A stretch of DNA of 64,000 nt from Podarcis pityusensis. Its lineage: Eukaryota. Every line of letters begins with the position of its first letter. Position 1 is the first letter of the stretch. Under the pieces are notes generated by a model that saw nothing but the letters and a program-made list of their open reading frames with translations, made no database searches and was not told the origin of the DNA. The DNA is taken from the NCBI GenBank assembly GCA_964106645.2, contig OZ067041.1; one strand, written 5' to 3'. Of the stretch, positions 36,914-49,304 are shown in pieces. Both the position numbers and the translations under genes were made by a program.

Positions 36914-37675
36914 TGTCAGAGCTGCTTCCAGATCCTAGCTCACAGAGGATCACGCTAGCCAGCGATCATTAAATAAAAGTCTTTATTGAGTTACAGTTTC
37001 CATTCTCAAGCTGCTGCGTGCAACTCTACGTCTCATGGTTAGATCGGCGAAGCTCCATCTGAGTCTCCGCCCCTTGTACACCAACTTAATATCCTAGCCT
37101 TGCTCCACCTTTTCCGCCTGACTGTTCTTCTCTGGGTCCCTCTGCCCCCCGGGGTCTCTTCCTTCCGGGATTCCTCTGACGCTGACGCTGACCCCCCTGA
37201 CTCTTCTCCCTCCTTTCGGCGGGCTTTAGGACCTGGCTCCCTTTCCGGGCTGCCTACTGCGCCACCTTCCTGTGCATTTGAACTTGGCACGCGCGCCCAA
37301 CCTTCCACCTTCCGTCTGACCGTTTCTTCGCTCCCCGATGGAGGTGTGGCCACTCCTGACTCGTGCCCTCCCCCCTGTTGTGAGCTGCCAGCGCTTGATC
37401 CCTGGCGCCCTTCCTCTTCCCTGCTCTCTGGCGGTGACGCTGGTCCTGATTTCCAACTGCTCCCCTCTGAGTCCCCTCTGGCTCTATCTTCCTGGGGTGT
37501 CCCCCTAGGCTCCCCCCTTGCCCTGGCCACTGGTGCTCCTTTCTGTGAATCTTCTGATTCACTGGAAAGACTCGGAGATCTCGGGTCGTCGTCATCACTC
37601 ATCTTTTCTTCTGCCTCCTCTCCCTCGCTCTCTGTTTCCTCCCTTGCCCTTGCCTCTGCTCCTGAACCCCTGACA
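36914..37675 (-). repeat. 5' LTR (762 bp)
   Basis: Direct repeat of 31103-31864 (offset 5811); TG...CA ends; lies upstream of gag on the minus strand. Confidence 0.97.
37086..37091 (-). promoter_or_regulatory. Candidate TATA-like box of the LTR promoter
   Basis: TATTAA on the minus strand, an isolated AT-rich spot in a GC-rich U3, starting 32 nt upstream of the predicted self-primer/TSS (~37059). Confidence 0.55.
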
Positions 37676-37975
37676 GTTAGTAATAGACGTTATGGAATTT
37701 TGTAACAGTAAGGGGAAGAACTCTGGTAGTTGAAGTGGTATTTATGAACAAATGCTCATCTTTGTGGTATATCAATCAATATACAGACAGAATGCTACTC
37801 ATCTATTGCCTGTCTCAAAGGCCTTTGTAGCTCACATGCTTAGTATTAGTGATTTTCTTCCTCAGGTGCAACGGTGCACACATTTGGAGGCTTTGTTTCT
37901 ATAGGAGTGGTTAGAGCAAACATAATACGTTCTGTTGTACTGCATCTGTTGTCACCTTCAATGGCTATAAACGTA

Positions 37976-38324
37976 CTGTATTTTTCGCCCTATAGGACAC
38001 ACTGGCCCATAGGACACACCTAGTTTTTTTGGGGGGGATAAAGAAAAAAAATTATTCCCCCCCCCAGCTGCGGCTTCAGCGTGCCCCGCGCTTCAGGCAG
38101 CAGGCTGCTATCCGCAGCCTAGGGAGCCCTGCGGGAACTCCCGTGGGCTCCCCAGGCTTGCTGATAGTTTCCTGAAGCCTGGAGAGTGAGAGGGGTCGGT
38201 GCGCACCGACCCGTCTCGCTCTCCAAGCTTCAGCGAAAGCCTGCATTCGCCCCATAGGACGCACACAGATTTCCCCTTCATTTTTGGAGGGGAAAAAGTG
38301 CGTCCTATAGGGCGAAAAATACGG
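37976..38324. mobile_element. Tc2/pogo-like MITE
   Basis: About 27-bp TIRs CTGTATTTTTCGCCCTATAGGACACAC / GTGCGTCCTATAGGGCGAAAAATACGG; TA TSD. Confidence 0.88.
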
Positions 38325-40257
38325 TAATAGGTTTTTCTCATTCCCACATGGAGAGTCATGTTTGCTTCCAGTTGCTAAGCAGGAAGAGTTAGCAGGAGGC
38401 AGGGACTTCTTTGCCTCAGATTAATGGGTCTTCTCATGGTCAAAACCTAAGATGGTGCCATACTTTCCCCCTATTTAATTGTTGCAGCTGCATTGTCATA
38501 GCACAGTTGACAAAAAAGAATTGCACTTAGTAGTTCTCCTTTTTGGTGGCAGGCCAGTGTGGGCTGAAACTGATTGCCTATGAAAGCTAATTGGGAACTT
38601 TTTCCATTATTGCCTCTGAAATACTTATGAGTAGAGCAGTCCGGCCTCTGGATCTTTCATGCTGGAGGAGGGTTGGATACTTCTACCTAGTTTAGTCTGG
38701 CTGTTCCCAGCTTACCCATAGGGAATAGACAGTGCAAACTGCCAAAATAGGGTGTACTGGGGCAAGGAGGAGGAGGGGTTCAAATAGACAAGGATCTGCA
38801 GGACCCTTAGCCAGTAACAAGTTATGCTGAGAGACCTAATCTGGGTCTGTTTGCTGTTCAGGCATGATCACTTCCTGTGAAATTGCGGGTGTGCCTCATA
38901 TAACAGTCCAAAGGATTTTAAAGAAATCTCTCATGGACCAGTTGGTCTGCTGCAAAGCAGCAGAGGCTCGTGAGTGTGTGCACTTGTGTCCACATGGACC
39001 TCTGTGCATTCTGGGGTCTAATTGTAGCCTTTGGAGTGATGTAGCTTCAAAAAGGTTTATGGCAATATTCTATGCCTCCTTCAGGGTGCTCTTCCTTCCT
39101 GGGTGAATTCATGTACGAGGCTGTGGAAAGCATAGCTTTATGATAACTTTCTCCCCACTTTTAAATAAAGACTCTCCTTCATGTGTGCATGTGTGTGTGT
39201 GTGTGTGCGCGCGCGTGCATGTTTAATGACAGTGAAGATTTTCAAATTCATGCTGGAGTGAAATACAAATAAAGTGGAATTTTCTCATTTTCCTTCTGTA
39301 TGGAGAATAGAGCGGTATGATTAGTTTCCTACATGGCTACACTTTGACACAGCTGTAGTATTCAGATCTGCAACTAATATGTATGCCTAGAAGTGCTATC
39401 TTCTGATGCATTATTTAACTTTTTGCATATAGTATGATCTTTTATTTATTCTGTGTAAACTTTATTCTTCATGATGATGTTCTTACATATATTATCCATA
39501 ATCATCCACTCGGTACTGCTGGCTTGTTGTACGGTATTTATCTTTACTATCTACTCTGCAAGTGTTTGCAGAGTAATAGCAAATAAGTTCAAATTTTCTT
39601 TTGAACGTACAGATACGAAATATGCCAATATTCTCAGTGTCAAGGTTATAACCATGACTTAGATTTCAGTCCTGAATAAATCTAATTGGATAAAATATAT
39701 GTTGATTTAAAATAAGACTAAAGGGTTATTCATATCTGTGTGTCAGTCATATGAAGTACAGTCTTCACATGACAATTGTGCCACATCAGTTTCATATGGA
39801 AAGTCACCTGTTCATATTGCTCTGATAAGAAAAGCTTGATCCTGGAATATAGCATGACAAACAAAATACAGGAAACCTAATATCCCTGCTGTTGCTGTGG
39901 CTCACTTTTCACACGAAGGTCATTTTAGACAAATGCCTTCCCATATGAAAGTAAGTTATAGCTTGTATGTGCAAACTGTACACATATATTTGGTGCCTGC
40001 TTGCAAATGTGTATTGAGGTTCAGTAACTTAACAGGCTGTTTATTAAGACAAATCCCCTTTACCTTTTCAACTGTGAGGCCACAGTTGTGGCGCAATGCA
40101 GCTGGATGTCATTGCTGGGGTTCCTCTTCCCACACACCTCAACAGCCATCGGGAGAATCATTTCCTCTCCTGTTGCCTGGGGAAGGGGTTGAATTTTTCC
40201 CACCCACAAATCTAGGAATTGTGGGTGAGTTTTGAGCACATCGCCAGGGGGTGAATC

Positions 40258-40396
40258 CAGTGGCGCAGGAAGTGGGGTGCGGTAGATATGGTCAAAACCC
40301 AGGGGTCATCACTGAGGGGGGTGACAAAATGGCAAAGATATGTGTTTTTGAAAAAAATAACTCCCGCACCCACTGCACCCCCTTCTTACGCCACTG
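40258..40396. mobile_element. Short hAT (Tip100-like) MITE
   Basis: TIR CAGTGGCG/CGCCACTG with subterminal GGGGTGCGGT/ACTGCACCCC; TSD not preserved. Confidence 0.55.
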
Positions 40397-40883
40397 CAGG
40401 AGCACTCTCCCCTCAAGTGATTTCCAGAAACCAGAAGTATTGCTGCCTCCAACTTTGCAGGCAGAGCACAGCATTTATGGCTAGTAGCTTTCGACAGCCC
40501 TCTCATCCATGTATCTGCCCAATCCAGAGGCGTAGCTAGGTGAGGCAGGGGGCACTGGGTGTCACACCGCAGGGCCTGCAGCATGCCTGAGCTATGCATT
40601 TCTCCTGAGAGGGAAGCGGCAGGTAGACTGCCTGCAAGCTCCTGACATCCACGCTGCTTTTTGAGCAGCGCGGGGCTTGTGTCTGCCCACTGCCTCAGCC
40701 GCCCTACAGCTGAGGGGGAGGCTGCAGAGAGACTCCACGCAGCACACCGTGCCTTGGCTCACCCCGCCCCCATGGGCAGCTCACTCCGCTCCCGGTTGCA
40801 AGAATCCTAGGGGAGGTGCTTCTGTCCGAATGCCCAGACAAGGGCTAAGGTGTGATCCTTAAGAGTTGGTCTTATTCAATGTA

Positions 40884-41051
40884 CCGTATTTTTTAGTGTA
40901 TAAGACTAGATTTCCCCCCTAAAAACATGTCAAAAATTAGGGGGGGGCATCTTAAACACAGATATATCTCCCCCCATTTCCCTAAATCTGAGTCCCCAAA
41001 AATAGGGTGGCATCTAATACATGGGGGCGTCTTATAGACGGAAAAATACAG
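40884..41051. mobile_element. Tc2/pogo-like MITE
   Basis: TIRs CCGTATTTTT...TATAAGAC / GTCTTATA...AAAAATACAG; TA TSD. Confidence 0.75.
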
Positions 41052-41478
41052 TATGTCATAGGGCAATCCAAACCCAGGATCAAACCCCAATTGTAATCAG
41101 CTAGCAGACTGACTGGATGGTTCAGGATACCCCTAAGCCTACTTACATCTGTAATCAATAAACGTTGTGGCCTGTTTTGATCCCAGATCATCCACTTAGG
41201 TAATTTTTTGCTTCTCACTCCCCAGCTTCAGGGGTGGTGGGCTCACTGCACCTGGGCACGCAACTGAATATTAATACAAATTATCGTGTGGTTCAAAGTC
41301 ATCTAGAGGAAAATAAAATAAGAATCATTAGAATGATAATAGCCTGATCCTTAATATGCATCTGATTTCTATATTTGTGTTGGTTTCCTTGCAATTTTAA
41401 GGTCAGTCTTCTATACTGGCAACAATTGAAAGTGTGGATAAGGATTATTATTTTTCATGAATTGTATTTTCTTTTCAG

Positions 41479-42142
41479 TGGGATGCTATAACAGAAATGG
41501 ATGAATATAATCGCCCCATCCACACTTACCAGGTATGTAATGTTATGGAACCCAACCAGAACAACTGGCTTCGTACAAACTGGATTTCCCGTGATGCAGC
41601 TCAGAAAATTTATGTGGAAATGAAGTTTACACTGAGGGACTGCAACAGCATTCCATGGGTACTGGGAACATGCAAGGAAACATTTAACCTCTACTACCTG
41701 GAATCAGATGAATCCCATGGAATTAAATTCAAGCCAAACCAGTACAGTAAAATTGATACTATTGCAGCTGATGAGAGTTTTACTCAGATGGATTTGGGTG
41801 ATCGCATCCTTAAACTGAACACAGAAGTTCGTGAGGTGGGACCAATAAACAGGAAAGGATTTTTTCTTGCTTTTCAAGACATTGGTGCGTGCATTGCTTT
41901 GGTCTCTGTCCGTGTTTACTACAAAAAGTGTCCTTTCACTGTTCGGAATTTGGCTATGTTTCCTGACACTATTCCAAGGGTTGATTCTTCATCTTTAGTG
42001 GAAGTACGAGGTTCCTGTGTGAAGAGTGCTGAGGAGCGGGACACTCCAAAATTATATTGTGGAGCAGACGGGGATTGGCTTGTGCCTCTAGGACGATGCA
42101 TCTGCAGTGTTGGGTATGAAGAAGTGGATGGTTCCTGCCACG
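41479..42142 (+). CDS. EPHA6: Ephrin type-A receptor 6, internal coding exon (exon 3: ligand-binding domain and start of Cys-rich region)
   Basis: Acceptor ttttcttttcag at 41478|41479 and donor CACG|gtaag at 42142|42143; 664 bp, phase 0 to phase 1. Translation [73 protein letters not shown]...[36 protein letters not shown]. As recalled, [17 protein letters not shown] and TIPRVDSSS mark the EphA6 paralogue. Confidence 0.93.
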
Positions 42143-45100
42143 GTAAGATAATTGTTCTTAATTAATTCCAGGATACTTTTTGTTTTTTGTTTTACCACTT
42201 GGCCTGTTGTCCAGGTTTCACTGAACTTAATGGCGAAATCAGTTTTAATAGGAGATGGATTGAGCTCATGATCTATTTTACTGTTGTATGTTGCTCAGGA
42301 TATGTTCAGATCAGAACTGTTTTCAACAAAGAATACAGAATGTGCATGTTCAGGGAAAACAAAGTTGCTTACTTGTAATAAATTAATGGGTAAAGCACAA
42401 TAGTTTTTCGTTTGTTATGAAGAATACAAAATTTAAGTTGCTGCATGAATACCAAATATGATTAATTCAATAGAAGATTAAAGTTTTACTGCTATGTACC
42501 TAAGGATCAGAGTATCATAGAATTGCAGAGTTGGAGGGGATCCTGAGGGTAATAAATAAATTCATAAGTGTGAAACAATACAATATATAAAGGCAATATT
42601 TGTCTTTAAAGCACTACATATTGTATAAGATAAAATAAGCAGTTACTTCTGAGAAAAGAAACAGCAGATACTTTGCATGAATACTAAAGAGCAGGTAGAC
42701 GGTACATCCCAAGTATTGTATGGGAGGTCACTGCAATAAGTTTTTCTGCTGCACAGTTACTTTGGTACTAGTTATTGCTGTGTTCTTTCTCACAGAAACA
42801 AATGCTCAGTGTAAAACATTAGTGTGATCACTATATTTTCAAGTGTATGTAGAAAAGATTGAAATGGTAGTAAGTTGAGGCTATAAATGAAGGCTTTTGA
42901 CAATGGAGTATGAGGGAATTTATTTGCGTCTCAATATAGTACCTCCCCATTTCAGGTTAAGCAGTGGACTAAGGGAAAAAATAGCATCCTGATATTTGGG
43001 CATGTGAATAAATATTAATATATTTTAAATATATATAAATAGAAATATATATATTAAGTATTTTATTTTATTTCTATTTGATTGTTTGTATAAATTTGTG
43101 AACCACTTTTTAATACCAATACTCTTGGGCAGCTTACATCCATGAAAGAAAATAATAAAAACATGCAAACAGATAATGCTTCTGTGATGGGTATCTACCT
43201 AGATAACCTGTTTAATATGACTAATAATTACAAATAATAAATATATGTGTAGCCTTATTTGAGTTCACCGATTCATATGTTCCATTAAACTTGGGCTTAA
43301 ATAGAAACAAGATAAAAGAAGCACATGGCTTATGGAATGTCCATCTTTTTGGCCCAACCAGCCACTATAGCTTGACCTAGCATTCAAAATAAACAGATTT
43401 GATAGCTCTGAGCTTAATGTTCTTGAAAAACTCTTTGATTAAAGTTCTCAGAAGAGCAAATTAAAGTTGTGTACTAATGCTAGTACATTAATCTGGAAGT
43501 GCAAAATGTAACCACATTATTATTTGGGTTTGGGTAAGGGTGGTAGGACAGTTAGAACATCAGTTAGCCCATGAATTGTGTCCAAAATATATTAATAATT
43601 TCTCATATAAAGAGTAGAACTATCATCTAAATGCTCTGTGGCCAATTATAAATCTATATATTAGTCCCCACCCCACCTCTCCTGTACTTTTTGACTGTGT
43701 ATATTCAATAAGAGGATAACGTCTGTAACAGAACCAAGAATGCCTAGGCAGAAGCATAATAAGAGTACCTAAAAGCATGCTTATTCAAATATTTCTATTT
43801 AATTGCTTAGAGGGTGGGAAATTAGTGTTTAAACAGATCATGTTGTAAGATGACTATTTTAGTAGTTCCTCAGTTTGGCTTCCTATAGAGACAAGTGGTT
43901 TTATGAATTATTCTCAGGGGTGAATTGCATTTTCATACGTCTGTACATCTTTGAATGGCTGTTCTAGGTTGATGCTATATTTGATGTGTTTTTAAATTCT
44001 ACACAACACATTTGTGTCCATGCATGTGTAAATGAGTTCTAAAGTAAGCTGCAAGATTAAGAGCACTAAAAATCCTCTCCTGTCTGCCAAATGTTTTTTT
44101 AAAAATGAACGGTAACAAAGAACTGCTCAAATCTTCTGGTTCAGTTGTCAGTCTCTGTATAAGCAATCAATTGCCTTGCTCTACACTGACTGGAAACGTG
44201 GTCTGGAAATGTCTGGAAAATATGCACAGCAGCAGCAGACCATACAATCAAGACCTGTGTGACCAGTGTAGTTCAAGAAAATGGCTTGTCACCTAGGACA
44301 GGTACGGGAAACCAGCTCTTATCCTCTGAGCCAGTGCAGCTGCAGGCCAACAGAACTGCTGTGTCAGTCCTTGGAGCAGCCCCTTCTTAATGCAAGTTTG
44401 AAAAATCCTCTGTATGACCTTGTATTCTGACATTGTCAAGAGTGTCTCAGCATTAAATGCCCTAGCTTGGAAGACCTAGATAGAGGATAACAAGTATGTG
44501 TAAAACTAGCCTGTTGCAGAAAAATAAAATGTACATTCATTGCTTTTGCTTCTGGATCCATGTGTCATGTGGCCCCCAAAAGGTTTCCCAAAGGGAATGT
44601 GGCCCTTGGTCTGAAAAAAAATTATCTATCCCTGGTATAAACAATTAGAGGCTTTTAGAGATGATTATTACCGGCCATTGAGCATCTTAATCCCTCTTTT
44701 GGAAAGTAAGTGTTTTCCAGAGATAAACCTTTCATCAGGAACACCTGCTTGTATGGAGATATATACTGTTGCTTAGGACAGTGCATTTTAATCACTAGGT
44801 TAAAGCTTTAGGGAGGAAAGCTTTGGAGATACAAACTTTGGGAGAGCGTGTTCTCCTACATAGAGAGCATGGGTTGCGGTGGGGTTAACAAGACACCTCA
44901 CTGTTGCCGGGCGGGTTAGTTTGGATGTCCACCGTTGTGATTGGGCTCCTCTTGTTGTTGGTGAGAGTTTGATGTTGCCAATTATGGATTGACAGCCTTA
45001 GGTGATATATTCTCTGTGCGCAGCATGGAGCTTCCTCTTTTCACTGCGCGCATCTGATTAAGCAGTGGAGAGAAGCATTTCTTTCAAAAAAACAGTTGTG

Positions 45101-46002
45101 TTGCTCCTTGCTGATACGTTGAATTTCTATTTCTATTTCTTACGTTTGTCCCTTCCTTCTTTTCTTTCTTTGTTCTGTCCGTTCTTTGCTTTACCCTTAG
45201 TTAGAATCCTACCCTCGCCCCTTTTCCCCTCCCCAAATTTTAATCAGTGGCACTGACAGTTAAGCTGTACTTATTTTAAAAACTGTTTTTGTTGTTGTTG
45301 TGGGAGTGTTGTATAGGGAGTGATAAAGAAAATATCAAGTAAGACCTTTTCCTATAGCAATGATTGGTATCTTTTTCTATATTAAGTTTTAATTTATCTT
45401 GTTCTTTTCTAGTTTATTTAAAATATATCTATATTTAGGTTTTGGTAATATGTAAATTTATTTAAATTTAATCATTCAATTGTTTAAAACAGGGATGGGC
45501 AACCTGTAGCCCTCCTTGATCAATCTAGTTGGGACTAATGGGAACTGGAATTCAGCAACATCTGGATCTCCCATCCCTGGTTAGAAGGCAAGGGATCAGC
45601 TAAAAATTATTTCAAAGCTGACAGCTGACATTTTTCAGTTGAAAATGTGGAAAATACACTGTACACACTCCATTATTGCTATCCCTTAATTCTTAGACAT
45701 GCGGATAATATTATCTAAACTCATACACGCTTCTAATATTTATAATACAGTGGACTTATTTAAGACATAAAACTTCATCTAATCCTAAATGAAATGAAAG
45801 CAGCATATTGTACAGCACCGATTTTTTGCACACACACAAAATCCATATCCAAATTTATAAATGGCTGTAAAATAGGAAGCTATTTCCTTTTTACTTGTAG
45901 TCATTACTTGATAATAAAGCTGTGTTTTCCTCCTGATGTACATTGCAACATGAAGCCACAGCCATTCTCTTTTCCTGGCAAACATGCCTGTGTGTAACAT
46001 TA

Positions 46003-46247
46003 CAGCAACCTTTTTCAGCCATGGGCCGGTCCACCGTCCCTCAGACCATGTGGTGGGCCGGACTATATTTTTTTTGGGGGGGAATGAATGAATTCCTATG
46101 CCCCACAAATAACCCAGAGATGCATTTTAAATAAAAGGACACATTCTACTCATGTAAAAGCACACTGATTCCTGGACCGTCCGCAGGCTGGACTGAGAAG
46201 GCTATTGGGCCACATCCGGCCCCCGGGCCTTAGGTTGCCTACCCCTG
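46003..46247. mobile_element. hAT-type MITE, one end truncated
   Basis: Subterminal GGGCCG repeats and terminal GGTTGCCTACCCCTG typical of hAT-Charlie non-autonomous elements. Confidence 0.65.
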
Positions 46248-48702
46248 CATTAGACCAAGAAGCATGCATTGCTACAGTTTTAAGAGTACATTTTTGGGCA
46301 GCAACATGAAGAAGAAACATGAGGTACAGAAACCTAATAAAAGGCAAATTTGAAAATAATGAATGAGTGAGAATGCAGTGCCTAAGTAATGCTCAAATTT
46401 GGAAACATCTTCAGTTTGGAAACATTTTATAAAGTATCATTTAATGCCATAGATATGGTAATATCTCTAGGAAACAACATAAAATCAAAATCAGACTTCT
46501 AAGATGATCATCTGTACTTTCATTGGAGTAAGTTATTAGTGCCTGCCATATTTTTATCTAAACCACATAATAATGCCTATTTTCCTTTGGGTTAGTGATT
46601 AACTATCAAAGCATTATGCTGAGAAATGTGCTTTCAAAATCAATAAAGGATTTCCTTTTGAATAGTGTAGCTTGGGAAATGCAACAAAGTTCATACAAGA
46701 CCTAATTCATATTAATTATGTTTATTTTCTTAAAATACTTAAGAAACATTTTTTTGCAATACAAAAATACATTGTTGAAATAAGTACTTGCAAGTATTGT
46801 GAACTAAACAAACTAGCCACAAATTAGTTAAAACTCAGAGTAATAACTCTTCGGTGGTTGACAAGATCTGCATTCTCCCTGGGATGTTTTGATTCCAATA
46901 CAGTACAAATTTCCTTCATTGCTCCATAAAAATGGGCACTGCTTTATTGCTGCTTCCACATGACTTAGTGATAGGCACTTCTTATTTCCTGCTCCAAATG
47001 TCTTTTTATGATTGGATGGAACTTTTCCTGGGTTTTACTATGATGGTTTTGCACATGCCAAGAAATGCCCTACCAGCACCGTATTTCCATTCCTTACACA
47101 TTTTCTCAAGCCATTTCAAGTATTATCTTTGGTGTATATGGAAACCTTGAGTACATCTCCTATAATTTCTTGGATATTTCCCATATCTGGATTGGCTGCC
47201 GATGCCACAGGCTGGATCTTTGTAACAAAACTGGGATTGTACTGTCTCTCTCAGTGTTGTTGGGACATCTATTTAATGAGGATGACTTTCATGTGGATGC
47301 TGCAAAATATTGAGTTCAACTGCTAAGCGGAAGCATCCTTAATCCACTAAACAAGCCAATTAGCTCCTAGCCTGGGAAGGATTAGCAGTCTCTTCTTCAC
47401 CCACAGGGCAAAGCAGTGAATCTCCTACTTTTCTATTGCAGCAAAACTGCATTCTGTCCAAATTAGCTTCTTCTTTTTTAAAAAATATATATCCAAAATC
47501 ACTAAATATAAATTGATATTGGCAACAGAATGCTAATTGGCTCTTGAGTATTTCCCCAGGACTTTGTCTTGACTACACTTCCATCCAGTAACTACTCCAA
47601 TCCAAGACATGAAATAATATAATTCACATTATGCATTCCCACTTGTGCTTTTTAGAGAACAAAATTATAATCAAAATATGCAGATTGCTTCCTTTCTGGA
47701 CTTTTCCCCCTGTATCTCTGCAAGCATTATTTCCTTCATGTACTACACTAGGTGGCAGTATTCTAAGACCTAATCAATTACTGCACTTACAACAGAAAAG
47801 CATTTATTGACCAGGCCTTTGAAGATGATCAGCTAAATCAATGTTGTTTTCCTCATGCTGTAGTATTGTTAGTATTATGATTGCTTCTGATTTGATTTTA
47901 CTTGATGTTTTAGTTAAAGCCTTTTAGACCGACATTTTAATATAAACTTCTCTGGGACCATTTGGAGAAGGGTGGGCTATAAATATAAATAAGAAATAAT
48001 AATAAATTAATAAACTTCAGATGTTATTGCTTCCCTCATTGCTTGTCTTAGACTGCTAAGCAGAGCTAGAAAATTAATGTTTATAAAATTCTCTATTAAA
48101 TCCAAGATGAATTGTATGTCTACACTAGAATGCATCCTTTCCTTGCAGAAGGTCCCCAATTCCATCGATGGCATAGACTGTTTTTTTTAAAAGAATCTGG
48201 TAAAATGTAATGGAATATATTCCTGCCTGAGACACCAAAAAGCTGCTGGTAATTAGAGAAGACAACATCAGGCTCAAAAAATCTGACCTGGTATAAGGTA
48301 GCTCACAATGCTCCTAGAGTTCAGAATTACCCTTTTACACCCACCCACAAAGTTAACACATCACATATATCTGGGTCAGCACTAATCCAGTATGTCTCCT
48401 AAGCAGACATTAGATCATGTCAGCACAAAAAAGTTTTGCACCACTCTTTATCTCTTCCCCCACCCTTTTTTAAATGTAACTAGATCTGACTTTCACACCT
48501 GACCTGGAGACAAGGGCTACAATCTATTATATATACTCACTTGGGTTCTGTCCGTGTTGAGTGCCACACAGGCTGGACCCATCTCATTCTCTACAGTTTT
48601 AGGGAACAGTGCCCTGTGAAATACAACTGTGTGCAGAAAGTAAATGGCACTCCCGTGGTTCTGTGTACACACAGTAGAAGCCCTTAGCTCACATAACACA
48701 CT

Positions 48703-48854
48703 GTAGTCGAAACAAAATAAAAAAAATTCCTTCCTGTAGCACCTTAGAGACCAACTAAGTTTGTTATTGGTATGAGCTTTCGTGTGCATGCGGACACAAT
48801 TTTTTAATTTTGTTTCGACTACGGCAGACCAACACGGCTACCTATCTGTAACTG
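48703..48854. mobile_element. Penelope-like element remnant (inverted pLTR piece plus terminus)
   Basis: 16-bp inverted repeat GTAGTCGAAACAAAAT (48703-48718) / ATTTTGTTTCGACTAC (48807-48822); terminal CAGACCAACACGGCTAC; 15-bp flanking duplication TAACACACTGTAGTC at 48694-48708 and 48855-48869. Confidence 0.75.
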
Positions 48855-49040
48855 TAACACACTGTAGTCCTGAAATGAATGCAAAAACACTTTACCAGAG
48901 TAATTCCCTCTCAATATGTAATAATCTTTCACTGCCTTCACGGAGATTATCTGTAAAATACTTTTTGACTTGTATGATGTTGAGATTTTATATTATAACA
49001 ATGGAATACATTAGAAACTGGAACTCATCAAAATGGTACT

Positions 49041-49304
49041 GAAGGAGGAGGAGGAGGAGGAAGAGGAGGAGTTTGGACTTGATAGCCCACCTTTCACTCC
49101 CTTTAAGGAGTCTCAAAGCGGCTAACAATCTCCTTTCCCTTCCTCCCCCACAACAAACACTCTGTGAGGTGAGTGAGGCTGAGAGATTTCAGAGAAGTGT
49201 GTCTGGCCCAAGGTCACCCAGCAGCTGCATGTGGAGGAGCGGGGAAGTGAACCCAGTTCGCCAGATAACGAGTCCACCTCTCTTAACCACTACACCACTA
49301 CTGG
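49041..49304 (-). mobile_element. tRNA-derived squamate SINE (Squam3-like)
   Basis: Reverse-complement homologue of 4945-5202 (near-identical spurious ORF translations); (CCT)n tail. Confidence 0.8.

Larger units (their letters stand above)
31103..37675 (-). mobile_element. Full-length Ty3/Gypsy LTR retrotransposon (chromovirus, sushi/PEG10-related lineage), apparently intact
   Basis: 5-bp TSD GTTAG at 31098-31102 and 37676-37680; termini TGTCAG...CTGACA; two 762-bp LTRs; gag plus pol in PR-RT-RH-IN-chromo order; PPT; CpG-rich relative to flanks. Confidence 0.98.

Noticed and set aside
37039-37602. 187-aa ORF in the 5' LTR as a separate gene
   Set aside because: It is the LTR duplicate of the Pol tail and lies almost entirely upstream of the predicted TSS.
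41052-41280. Possible LTR/DIRS fragment (AATAAACGTTGTGGCC) near exon 3
   Set aside because: Boundaries and family could not be established from sequence alone.
42143-42165. ORF-track extension GKIIVLN as the EPHA6 C-terminus
   Set aside because: Intron read-through past a strong GTAAG donor.
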